The notes under the pieces are model-generated. The model was not told where the DNA came from. It made no database searches and saw nothing but the letters and a program-made list of their open reading frames with translations. From NCBI RefSeq assembly GCF_000186885.1, contig NC_014972.1, positions 2,550,001-2,582,000 on the forward strand: a stretch of DNA of 32,000 bases. The letters are read 5' to 3'. The position numbers and the translations under genes were made by a program. This document shows positions 15,544 through 25,678 of this stretch, in pieces. This stretch comes from Desulfobulbus propionicus DSM 2032. Lineage in GTDB: Bacteria; Desulfobacterota; Desulfobulbia; Desulfobulbales; Desulfobulbaceae. The stretch's first letter is position 1; every line of letters begins with the position of its first letter.

Positions 15544-16212
15544 TCAACACCCTGGTTGTTGGCCGATGATCCCGCGCTGCCGGAGGAAAGCCATGATCGC
15601 ATCGGCAAGAACATCCGGAGGGGTTTCAGCGGCTGACAAAATCACTTCTGGAGACAAGGGGGGTTCATACGGATCATCGACTCCGGTGAACCCAGGGAGT
15701 TTGCCTGCCCTGGCCTGCTTGTACAGGCCTTTTGGGTCTCTGGCTTCGCATACTGCCATGGGGGTGTCGACAAACACCTCGATGAATTCTCCCGGAAGAA
15801 GCGTGTCGCGCACACGGTCCCGGTCGATCCGATAGGGGCTTATGAATGCGGTAATGGCAATGATGCCGGTCTGGGAAAACAACCTGGCCACCGCCCCTAT
15901 CCGCCGAATATTTTCCTCACGGTCGATGGCGGAAAAACCCAGACCGAACCGCTGGGCGAAATCATCACCATGGGTCTCCCGGAGCAGTTGTTTGGTCGCG
16001 TTCAGTCCATGCCGGACATTGTCGCCGTCCAACACCGTGGAATGGATGCCGGCCTGATGGAGCTTGTGGTCAAGCGTGTTGGCGATGGTGCTTTTCCCCG
16101 AGGCGCTCAAGCCGGTCAGCCAAATCACGCACCCCTTGTGCCCATTCAAGAGTTCGCGCTGGCCGCGTGAAACCATCTGCTCATGCCAGAAGACTGCTGC
16201 TTCGTTGTCCAT
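15544..16212 (-). CDS. cysC: Adenylylsulfate (APS) kinase
   Basis: 222 aa from ATG 16212 (GGAGG 7 nt upstream; the track ORF extends to 16278). P-loop [19 protein letters not shown], LGFS...[38 protein letters not shown]. Confidence 0.93.
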   Translation of the reverse strand: [222 protein letters not shown]

Positions 16213-16284
16213 CCTTTTTCCTCCAAAAGAAGTCATTCCCGCGAAAAAAAGGGACCCCTCTCGGCACAAAACACTCAAGCCGGC

Positions 16285-17373
16285 TCACTCACACCTTGGT
16301 GAACCGCCTCCGTGCACGGCGGCATTCGCGGGGTCGATGATGACCGTAACCGGCATGCCCAGGCGTAATTCCTGGTCCGGGTCGCAGGCAAAGATACGGG
16401 CGCGGTAGACCAATTTGGTGCGCAATTCGGTGGTTTCCACGGTCTTGGGGGTAAATTCGGCGGTGGACGAAATAAAACCGACCCAGCCCTTGTAGATCTT
16501 TTTCGGTTGACTGTCAGTCTGCACCTGCGCCGGCATGCCTTCGCGGATTTTGCCTAGATCTGGCTCGCTGATATAGGCCCGAATCCAGAGCGGATCGTTG
16601 AGCGCCAAGGTCAAGACCGGTGCGCCGGCCGCAGCCATGGCACCGGGTTCGAGGATGCGGTTGCGGATCACTCCGTCGGCCGAGGCCAGCAGGCGGCTGT
16701 CGACCAACCGCTGCTGGGCCAGCTCTCGCGCCGACTGGAGCGCGGTCAGGGTCGCCTCGGCAGCGGCGATATCTTCCCTGCGCGGTCCCTCAATGGTCAG
16801 CGACAGTTCTTGCTCGGCGGTCTTCAGCCCGGCCTGCAGCGTCTGCACTCGCGCCTTGGCACTGTCGATCTCCTGCTGAGAAATGCGGTTGGTGACCAGC
16901 AGTGACTGTTTACGGGCAAGGATCAATTCCGCTTCCCTGAGAGTGGCCCTCGCCGATTCCACGGCAGCGCGGGCCTTTCCGATTTCCTGCGGCCGGCTGC
17001 CGGTTCGCAGCCGCTCCAACTGGCGGGTTTGCGCCTCCACCTCTCCCTTCAGGCGGTCGACCTCCATCCGAAACCGGGCAGGATCAAGCTCCGCCACCAC
17101 CTGCCCTTTCTTGACTAGGGCCCCTTCGTCCACGTGCAGGTGAAGGATCCGCCCCGCATCCTGAAACGCCAGCTGCACCTCGCGAATATCGACATTGCCG
17201 TACAAGGTCAGCGGACCGTTGCCCTGCTCCTCTCCCTGATCCGAACAGGCACTGGCACCGAGCAGGCAGCAACACACAAGTCCAAGCAGGAGGAAGCGAT
17301 ATGGCGAGGCGATGGACAGTGGTGCTCGTCGCTTCATCTGGGCCATGCAATCAACAATTTGTTTCGCCGTCAT
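16285..17373 (-). CDS. HlyD/YbhG-family periplasmic adaptor lipoprotein
   Basis: 362 aa. Lipobox [50 protein letters not shown] (YbhG-like). A long coiled-coil hairpin and a C-terminal beta-barrel. Start is either 17373 (ATGA overlap with yjbQ) or ATG 17337 (MKRRAPLS...). Confidence 0.85.
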   Translation of the reverse strand: MTAKQIVDCMAQMKRRAPLSIASPYRFLLLGLVCCCLLGASACSDQGEEQGNGPLTLYGNVDIREVQLAFQDAGRILHLHVDEGALVKKGQVVAELDPARFRMEVDRLKGEVEAQTRQLERLRTGSRPQEIGKARAAVESARATLREAELILARKQSLLVTNRISQQEIDSAKARVQTLQAGLKTAEQELSLTIEGPRREDIAAAEATLTALQSARELAQQRLVDSRLLASADGVIRNRILEPGAMAAAGAPVLTLALNDPLWIRAYISEPDLGKIREGMPAQVQTDSQPKKIYKGWVGFISSTAEFTPKTVETTELRTKLVYRARIFACDPDQELRLGMPVTVIIDPANAAVHGGGSPRCE

Positions 17374-17786
17374 TCGCCAATGATCTTGACCAGCACCCGT
17401 TTCTTGCGCCGGCCGTCGAATTCCCCGTAGAAGATCTGCTCCCAGGTGCCGAAATGGAGTTTGCCCTCGGTGATCGCCACGACCACCTCCCTCCCCATGA
17501 TCTGCCGTTTCAGATGGGCATCGGCATTGTCCTCGTAGCCGTTGTGGCGGTACTGGTTGACCGGTTCATGGGGAGCGAGCCGTTCCAGCCACTGTTCATA
17601 ATCGTCATGCAGCCCCGGCTCATCGTCATTGATGAACACCGAAGCGGTGATGTGCATGGCGTTGCACAACAGCAACCCCTCGCAAATACCGCTTTCCGCC
17701 ACGCATTTTTCCACGTCTGGGGTAATGTTGATCAAGGCGCGTCGGGTGGGGACATGAAACCAGAGTTCTTTATGATAACTTTTCAT
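17370..17786 (-). CDS. yjbQ: YjbQ/UPF0047-family protein (secondary thiamine-phosphate synthase-like)
   Basis: 138 aa. [52 protein letters not shown]...[39 protein letters not shown] matches the family closely. Confidence 0.9.
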   Translation of the reverse strand: MKSYHKELWFHVPTRRALINITPDVEKCVAESGICEGLLLCNAMHITASVFINDDEPGLHDDYEQWLERLAPHEPVNQYRHNGYEDNADAHLKRQIMGREVVVAITEGKLHFGTWEQIFYGEFDGRRKKRVLVKIIGE

Positions 17787-17824
17787 GTGTCGTCTTTGCC
17801 AAAGGGAAAAAGCGACCGGTCCGG

Positions 17825-18889
17825 TCAGTCGACGTTATTGGCCGCAATGCGGCTGAAGTGAGGTTCGACCTGGAGAAAGGCCTCAATCAAGATCGGGTCG
17901 AAGTGAGTGCCTTTCCCCTCGATCATGATCCGCATGGCCTCGTCATGGGTCATGGAATTCTTGTACACCCGTTTGGAAATCAGGGCATCGTAGACATCGG
18001 CAATGGCCATGATCCGGCCGGCCAGAGGGATAGCCTCGCCGGCGAGTCCGCGCGGATAGCCGCTGCCGTCATACTTTTCATGGTGACTGCCGGCGATCTC
18101 CTTGGCGCAGCTAAGAAAGGAGGTCGGCTGGCCGGCCATCTGCTCCAGATTGGCTATGACCTCCTCGCCGAACAAGGTGTGCATCTTCATCTCTTCAAAC
18201 TCTTCCGGCGTGAGCTTGCCCGGTTTGAGCAGAATCGAATCACGGATGGCCACCTTGCCGATATCGTGCAACGGAGCGGATTTCCACAACAGAACATTGT
18301 ATTCGGGGGTGAGTTGATCACAAAAATGGCCACGATTGACCAAGGTATCGGCCAACAGCTGCACATAGGCGCGGGTCCGATGGATATGGCTGCCGGTTTC
18401 CGGGTCGCGATACTCAGCCAGTTCGCCCATGGCCTCGATGATCACATCCTTGAGCAGTTCGGCCTCCTGGGTCCGCTCTTCCACCAACCGTTCGAGATTG
18501 CTGCGGTAGGCATGCAGTTCCAGATGGTTGCGTACCCGGGAACGGAGTTCCACTCCCTTGAAAGGTTTGGTGATGTAATCGACACCGCCAAGATTGAACC
18601 CCTGGACCACGTCCTCGGATTCGGCCCGAGCAGTCAGAAAGATCACCGGAATGGATCGGGTCGCCGTGTTCTGATTGAGCATCTCCACGGTCTTGAAGCC
18701 GCTCATGCCCGGCATCATCACATCCATCAGGATCAATTCCGGCTGGGTGGCGGCGATCCGTTCCAGGGCCTGCTCGCCCGATGTGGCGTAGGCAAAGTCG
18801 CAGTTGAGTTCCTTCAGATGGGACATGGCGATCTGAATGTTCTCCGGGACATCGTCGACGATGAAGATGAGAGGCTTTTTTCGGTTCAT
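17825..18889 (-). CDS. Response regulator with HD-GYP domain (RpfG-like c-di-GMP phosphodiesterase)
   Basis: 354 aa. REC domain ([10 protein letters not shown]...[14 protein letters not shown]...TKPF). HD-GYP domain with HDIGK and [11 protein letters not shown]. Confidence 0.93.
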   Translation of the reverse strand: MNRKKPLIFIVDDVPENIQIAMSHLKELNCDFAYATSGEQALERIAATQPELILMDVMMPGMSGFKTVEMLNQNTATRSIPVIFLTARAESEDVVQGFNLGGVDYITKPFKGVELRSRVRNHLELHAYRSNLERLVEERTQEAELLKDVIIEAMGELAEYRDPETGSHIHRTRAYVQLLADTLVNRGHFCDQLTPEYNVLLWKSAPLHDIGKVAIRDSILLKPGKLTPEEFEEMKMHTLFGEEVIANLEQMAGQPTSFLSCAKEIAGSHHEKYDGSGYPRGLAGEAIPLAGRIMAIADVYDALISKRVYKNSMTHDEAMRIMIEGKGTHFDPILIEAFLQVEPHFSRIAANNVD

Positions 18890-20892
18890 GAGGTCTTGCC
18901 GTTCACAATCCTGGACAATTTGGCAAGCAGACGATCAACCCCCAGGATATTGGGTTCATTGGCAAACTGCTGCAAGTCCCTGCCCAGCGCGATCAGCATG
19001 GGTTGTCGCGCCGTTTCGCCCTGCCGCTGAAGGGCCTCGCCCAGGGTGGCGGCATCGACCAGGCTGCCGGATCGAACGGCCTGATGGCGCAACCGTTCCA
19101 GGTCGTCGCTCCACTGCTCGGTCATGCTGGCAAGAAAGGCCTGCTCGTCGGCATCATGGCTGTCCGTCTCCAGAGAGGCATCGGCACGTTCCCCCGGCTG
19201 GGCGTAGCGGGCGACGATTTCCTTCAAGGCGTCCAGGCGGAAGGGCTTTTGCAGAAAATCATCGAACAGCGGTTTGTACTCGTCTTCTTCCAGCATCTCA
19301 CCGGTCATGACCACGATCGGGACAGCGCTGGTTTGGGCATGTTGGCGTAACTGTTCGGTGATGCTCCGACCGTCCATTCCGTTGAGGTTGAGATCCATGA
19401 AAATCATTCCCGGATGCTCGGACCGGGCGAGCGCCAACGCCTCTTCACCGTTGGTGGCCGTGACCACGTTGTAGGGAGAGTCCTGAAAGAAATCGATGAA
19501 TACATCCTTGATCAGATCGACGTCATCGACCACCAGGATGGTGGTTTTTTGTTGGTCGGCTCGGGGGGTTCGTTCACAAACCTGCTGCTCGACCGGCCCA
19601 TGTTCGGCCAGGGGAATAGCGCCCAGCGACACGGTGAAACGCGCGCCCTCCCCCTCCTTGCTCAACAGGTCAATCCGGCCGCCCATCATGGTCACCAACC
19701 GGCTGCACAGGGTCAGACCCAGGCCCACGCCGCCATACCGCTTGGCAATGGTATCTTCCCGTTGACGGAACAATTCAAAGATCTTTTGCTGATCTGCCGC
19801 CGGGATGCCTATGCCGCTATCCTGGATCGTGAACGACAGATCGTAACAACCGGCTTGCGCCTTCGATGCCGACCCGTCGACCGTCAGTTCCACCTGTCCT
19901 TCTGAGGTGAATTTGATCGCATTGCTGATCAGATTCTGCAGCACTTGTTTCAACCGCGTTCCATCTAAAATAAAATTCTGCGGGACATGGCCGGCAATCC
20001 GACTGATGAGCACAATTCCCTTTTCCTCGGCCTGATCCTTGAACAGACTTTCGACTTCCCGAATCAGGGTGGGGAGGCGAATCGAACTGGTCATGATCTG
20101 CAACCGACCGGAATCGATCTTGGACAGCTCCATGATATCGTTGAAAATAGCAACCAGCGCCATGCTGCTCTTGTGGATGATGGCGACAAAACGCTTTTCC
20201 TTTGGCCCCAGCAGCGTCGAATTGGCCAGCATCTCGGTATAGCCGATGATGGCGTTCATCGGCGTGCGTACCTCGTGGTTGATGTTGGCAATGAATTCGC
20301 TCTTCATCCGGTTGGCCGATTCCTCCGCCTGCGACAGGGCAACGGCCACATCTCCCGGTTGCATTCGGAGCGTCGGAGGCTGTCCATACCACAGGCCAAA
20401 TTGCTGATCGGCGAGGGAAACAAGCGTGAGCGTGCCGCCAAAATTGGCGGAATTGACGTGCGGTTCGCAACGGCCTGTTTCCTCTGAGGCAAGCACGACC
20501 CGCTCGGACGATTGGAGGGCGGCGACCAGCGGATGGTTTGCCAGCTGCGGTTCCAGGTCCAGCAGACTGCAACCGATCAACGGTTCCCGGTCGTAGGTGT
20601 CAAGGGCACATTCGTTCGTTTCGACTATGTGCAACTCCTGGTCGATGCGCACAATGGGCACGGGGGCCTGCTCAATGATCCGGCGCGCGAACCGCAGTTG
20701 GTCAAGTGCGGCCTTTTTTTCATTGTCGCCGCGACGCCACTGCCGCCAGAGCCACCCGGCGGCAATCGAAACAAGCAAGACAACAAACAGGGGCACGACG
20801 GCTGCGGAAGAGAGGGGACTATTTTGGGCCGCGAGAACGGCACGCGGCGCAAGACAAGCAACACAACCAATGACCAACAGGCATTTCTTCAC
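18886..20892 (-). CDS. Membrane-anchored hybrid sensor histidine kinase (PAS-HisKA-HATPase-REC plus C-terminal helical tail)
   Basis: 668 aa. Signal/TM segments, a PAS-like region, H-box NINHEVRTPMNAIIGY, the HATPase N and G boxes (NLISNAIKFT, DSGIGI, GGVGLGL), and REC (ILVVDDVDL...IFMDLNLNGMDG...QKPF). ATGA overlap with the downstream HD-GYP regulator. Confidence 0.92.
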   Translation of the reverse strand: MKKCLLVIGCVACLAPRAVLAAQNSPLSSAAVVPLFVVLLVSIAAGWLWRQWRRGDNEKKAALDQLRFARRIIEQAPVPIVRIDQELHIVETNECALDTYDREPLIGCSLLDLEPQLANHPLVAALQSSERVVLASEETGRCEPHVNSANFGGTLTLVSLADQQFGLWYGQPPTLRMQPGDVAVALSQAEESANRMKSEFIANINHEVRTPMNAIIGYTEMLANSTLLGPKEKRFVAIIHKSSMALVAIFNDIMELSKIDSGRLQIMTSSIRLPTLIREVESLFKDQAEEKGIVLISRIAGHVPQNFILDGTRLKQVLQNLISNAIKFTSEGQVELTVDGSASKAQAGCYDLSFTIQDSGIGIPAADQQKIFELFRQREDTIAKRYGGVGLGLTLCSRLVTMMGGRIDLLSKEGEGARFTVSLGAIPLAEHGPVEQQVCERTPRADQQKTTILVVDDVDLIKDVFIDFFQDSPYNVVTATNGEEALALARSEHPGMIFMDLNLNGMDGRSITEQLRQHAQTSAVPIVVMTGEMLEEDEYKPLFDDFLQKPFRLDALKEIVARYAQPGERADASLETDSHDADEQAFLASMTEQWSDDLERLRHQAVRSGSLVDAATLGEALQRQGETARQPMLIALGRDLQQFANEPNILGVDRLLAKLSRIVNGKTS

Positions 20893-20934
20893 AATGACGA
20901 CAATCCGTTTGCAAAAAAGGGAATAAGTTACGCT

Positions 20935-20963
20935 ATTATATAGTTGGGCGTGAGGGATGTCAA
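20935..20963 (-). promoter_or_regulatory. Consensus sigma-70 promoter for the kinase/HD-GYP operon
   Basis: The minus strand reads TTGACA (20963-20958), a 17-nt spacer, then TATAAT (20940-20935). Both hexamers are perfect. About 40 nt upstream of the kinase ATG (20892). Confidence 0.65.
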
Positions 20964-21049
20964 AAGCAGCCTATGCCGTTCCCTTTTTCGATACACCAAG
21001 AACTCTGCGCGATATTCGAGCGATCCTCTGGCATCGGGCAACACGCCCT

Positions 21050-22444
21050 TCACCCCTCGGCGCCGCCTGCCACGGTCAGCCCGGCGTGGTGGCGGGCTGC
21101 GGCAATGAAGCCTTCGACCCATTGGGGCGTGCCCGAGGCCATCACATGGGTGTAGAGGGCGAGCACATTGTTTTTCACCAGCCCGTCTCGGCCGCCGGCA
21201 AAACCGGTGCCGCGTTCCATGTTCAGCACCAGACTGTCGCTTTCCCCATCCCATTGATGTACCCGCGAATAGCGGAACTCATGCCCCTTGATCCGGGTGC
21301 CGACAGGGTAAAACCTGTTGTCCTTTTCCACTCTGAAGGTCGAATAGCCGTGGGCCTGGGGTTTGGCGGCCAAGGTGAAGGTCACGGGAAAGACGCCGGC
21401 CAACGGAAATTCGCGGCCATCGAGGATGATCGAACGGCCGAGAAAGATCAACCCGCCACATTCGGCATACACCGGCAGGCCGCCGTCGATCCTTTCGCGG
21501 ACCGATTGGCGAAAACTCGCGTTGTCGGCCAGCTGCTGGGCGCTGGTTTCGGGAAAACCGCCGCCGATGTACAGGCCATCGAGTTCCGGCGGCAGCGCCT
21601 TGGACTGCAGGGCGTCGATCATCACCAGCCGTGCCCCGGCCTGTTGCAGCGCCTCTAAATTTTCCTGGTAATAAAACTGAAAAGCGGCATCGCGGAGCAC
21701 ACCGATGGTCACCAGCGGTTGTGCCGGCGCCGCGACCTTGGGTGGCAGGGGCACCACTCCCCGCATCTGGGCGGCAATGGCGTCGAGATCGAAATGGGTT
21801 TCCGCCAAGGCGGCCAGATTGTCCACTGCCTCGGCCGCAGCCGCATATTCCTGGTGGGGCGTGACCCCAAGGTGACGCATGGGAAAGACATCCTGCTTGA
21901 GCCGGGGCATGATCCCCAGCACCGGCAGATCGGTATACTGTTCCATGGACTGGCGGATGATCGACTCGTGCCGGGAATTGGCGATCTGGTTGAGAATCAC
22001 CCCGGCAAAGCGGATACGCGGGTCAAAGGCTTGGCAGCCGAGCACCAGCGCGGCCACGGTACGGGTGGTCTTGGAACAGTTGACCACCAGCAGGACCGGC
22101 AGGTCGAGCAGTTGGGCCAGTTCGGCGGTGGAAAATTCACCTGCGGCGTTGACACCGTCAAAAATCCCCCGGTTCCCCTCGACCACCGCATAGGCGCTGC
22201 CGTGGAGGTGCCGCTGGAAGGTGGAGACAATGGCTTCCGGCGACATCAGATAAGGGTCGAGGTTATAGCAGGGCTGACCAGCAGCCTTGCTCATCCAGCC
22301 GGCATCGATGTAATCCGGCCCCTTCTTGAACGCGGCCACGCCTTTGCCCCGATTGCGCAGGGCGGCGATCAGGGCCACCGAAACCACCGATTTTCCCGAA
22401 CCGCCGCTGAGCCCCGCCAGCACCACACTTTTTACTTTGTCCAA
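21050..22444 (-). CDS. cobB: CobB/CbiA-family a,c-diamide synthase (cobyrinate- or sirohydrochlorin-type amidase)
   Basis: 464 aa with a TTG start. N-terminal nucleotide-binding domain GLSGGSGKSVVSVAL...FKKGPDYID. C-terminal glutamine amidotransferase with GGFPE and YAECGGLIFLG. Substrate specificity cannot be read from the sequence alone. Confidence 0.85.
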   Translation of the reverse strand: MDKVKSVVLAGLSGGSGKSVVSVALIAALRNRGKGVAAFKKGPDYIDAGWMSKAAGQPCYNLDPYLMSPEAIVSTFQRHLHGSAYAVVEGNRGIFDGVNAAGEFSTAELAQLLDLPVLLVVNCSKTTRTVAALVLGCQAFDPRIRFAGVILNQIANSRHESIIRQSMEQYTDLPVLGIMPRLKQDVFPMRHLGVTPHQEYAAAAEAVDNLAALAETHFDLDAIAAQMRGVVPLPPKVAAPAQPLVTIGVLRDAAFQFYYQENLEALQQAGARLVMIDALQSKALPPELDGLYIGGGFPETSAQQLADNASFRQSVRERIDGGLPVYAECGGLIFLGRSIILDGREFPLAGVFPVTFTLAAKPQAHGYSTFRVEKDNRFYPVGTRIKGHEFRYSRVHQWDGESDSLVLNMERGTGFAGGRDGLVKNNVLALYTHVMASGTPQWVEGFIAAARHHAGLTVAGGAEG

Positions 22445-22526
22445 ACCGTTGTTTCCTTCTCTGCCGCGTTTAGTGCGTTACATATTGAAAAATAATAATC
22501 CGGGCGCATTCGTGCATCCATGGTGC

Positions 22527-23217
22527 TCACGCCCCGGTCCCGCTCCGTTGAGCATCCGCGTCATGCGCCGGCAGGCCGATTTCATTCCAGGCCGCCTCGT
22601 ACAACCGGTTGAGGCGTTGCTCCAGTTCCAGTCGGTACCATTCGATCTGCTCCGGGGTCACCGCCGGCGGCACCGTCAAGGGTTCTCCATGGCGGACGAC
22701 AATGGTGGCAAAGGGCAGCGGTACCAGGGTTCGGTCCCAGCTCTTGAAGCGGAGAAACCGATTACAGGCCCAAGCAAGGGGAAAGATCGGCTTGCCCGAT
22801 TTGCTGGCCATGAGAATCACCCCTGCCTGCGCCCGCCGGGCCGGCCCCTGGGAGCCGTCGGCGACAATGGCGCTGTTCTTGCCGTGCCGCAAGTGATCGA
22901 TCATCTCCCGCAAGGCCTTGACCCCGCCCCGGTTGGAAGAGCCGCGCACCGCTACATGGCCCATCAGCTGGGCCAAACGGGCGATATACTCGCCGTCTTT
23001 GGAAGCACTGACCATGATCGCCGAGGGATAGCGGCGCAGATAAATAAACAGATAGAGAAAGGAGTAGTGCCAGAAGGCGGCAATACCGGTGTCACGCGCG
23101 GCATAGTCACGAAAGGTTGCCCCGTCCCGCACCTTGACCCGGCACGTGGCGCACCACAGCCGCAACAGCCCCAGCACCAGCGGCGGAGCCACAACCAATG
23201 AACATCTGTACCAAAAA

Positions 23218-23225
<8 letters not shown>
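22527..23225 (-). CDS. DUF374-family (lysophospholipid acyltransferase-like) protein
   Basis: 232 aa with a TTG start (start uncertain). [87 protein letters not shown]. Overlaps the uvrB stop by 8 nt. Confidence 0.85.
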
Positions 23226-25254
<2,029 letters not shown>

Positions 25255-25274
25255 GGTTATATGACGCTTTAATC

Positions 25275-25302
25275 TCGTTGAATTTTAGACATCATTCAAC
25301 GA
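25275..25302 (-). other. Inverted repeat at the 3' end of the AT-rich orphan gene
   Basis: TCGTTGAAT (25275-25283) and ATTCAACGA (25294-25302) form 9 bp with a 10-nt loop. It spans the stop codon (25292-25294). No U-tract follows on the minus strand. Confidence 0.4.
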
Positions 25303-25669
25303 TCTGATTTTTTCTTGTGACAAAAGTGCGCTGTAGCTTTTTCTTGAGGTATTCAAGGTATTCCATTCCTTCGCTTGTCAATTCCCAAATACCTCTTCCT
25401 GATTGTTCAGCTGATTTGACATAACCATGGTGTTGTTTGGCTCTTTCTTTTGCCCATGCAACATCATGTTTCCATCGCGGTACGTTGTTTGCTACTTTTT
25501 CATGATATACAGGATCAGAGAATTCTTTTTTTAGCAGTTCGTACATTTTGCCATCGACTTCGGATTTCAACACTTTATTCCCCATTGATCCAATTGCCAG
25601 TATAAGTATAGGGATCAAGTCATCTTGAGATAAATTTTTCCCTTTTAACAATTTCCTGACAAGATCCAT
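25292..25669 (-). CDS. Small stand-alone winged-helix protein resembling the Mrr N-terminal (Mrr_N) DNA-binding domain; compositionally foreign
   Basis: 125 aa. VPRWKHDVAWAKERAKQHHGYVKSAEQSGRGIWELTSEGMEYL follows the pattern of the Mrr_N wing/recognition region (W..v.WA...l...G.i.....rG.W.lT..G). A/T-ending codons dominate, unlike all neighbours. The GAGG SD overlaps the stop of the upstream gene. Confidence 0.6.
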   Translation of the reverse strand: MDLVRKLLKGKNLSQDDLIPILILAIGSMGNKVLKSEVDGKMYELLKKEFSDPVYHEKVANNVPRWKHDVAWAKERAKQHHGYVKSAEQSGRGIWELTSEGMEYLEYLKKKLQRTFVTRKNQIVE

Positions 25670-25678
25670 GCCCTGCCC

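Noticed and set aside
16213-16278. N-terminal 22-codon extension of cysC (MSVLCREGSLFFAGMTSFGGKR)
   Set aside because: ATG 16212 is preceded by GGAGG at ideal spacing. The shorter product also aligns from its first residues with the usual CysC N-terminus (xxxVxWHxxxV).
17801-17824. Small hairpin GACCGG/CCGGTC plus T5 on the - strand after the HD-GYP gene as a terminator
   Set aside because: The effective stem is only 5 bp with a 3-nt loop, and the T-run is short. It may attenuate transcription, but it is too weak to call. The intergenic space (38 nt) leaves little room for a separate yjbQ promoter.
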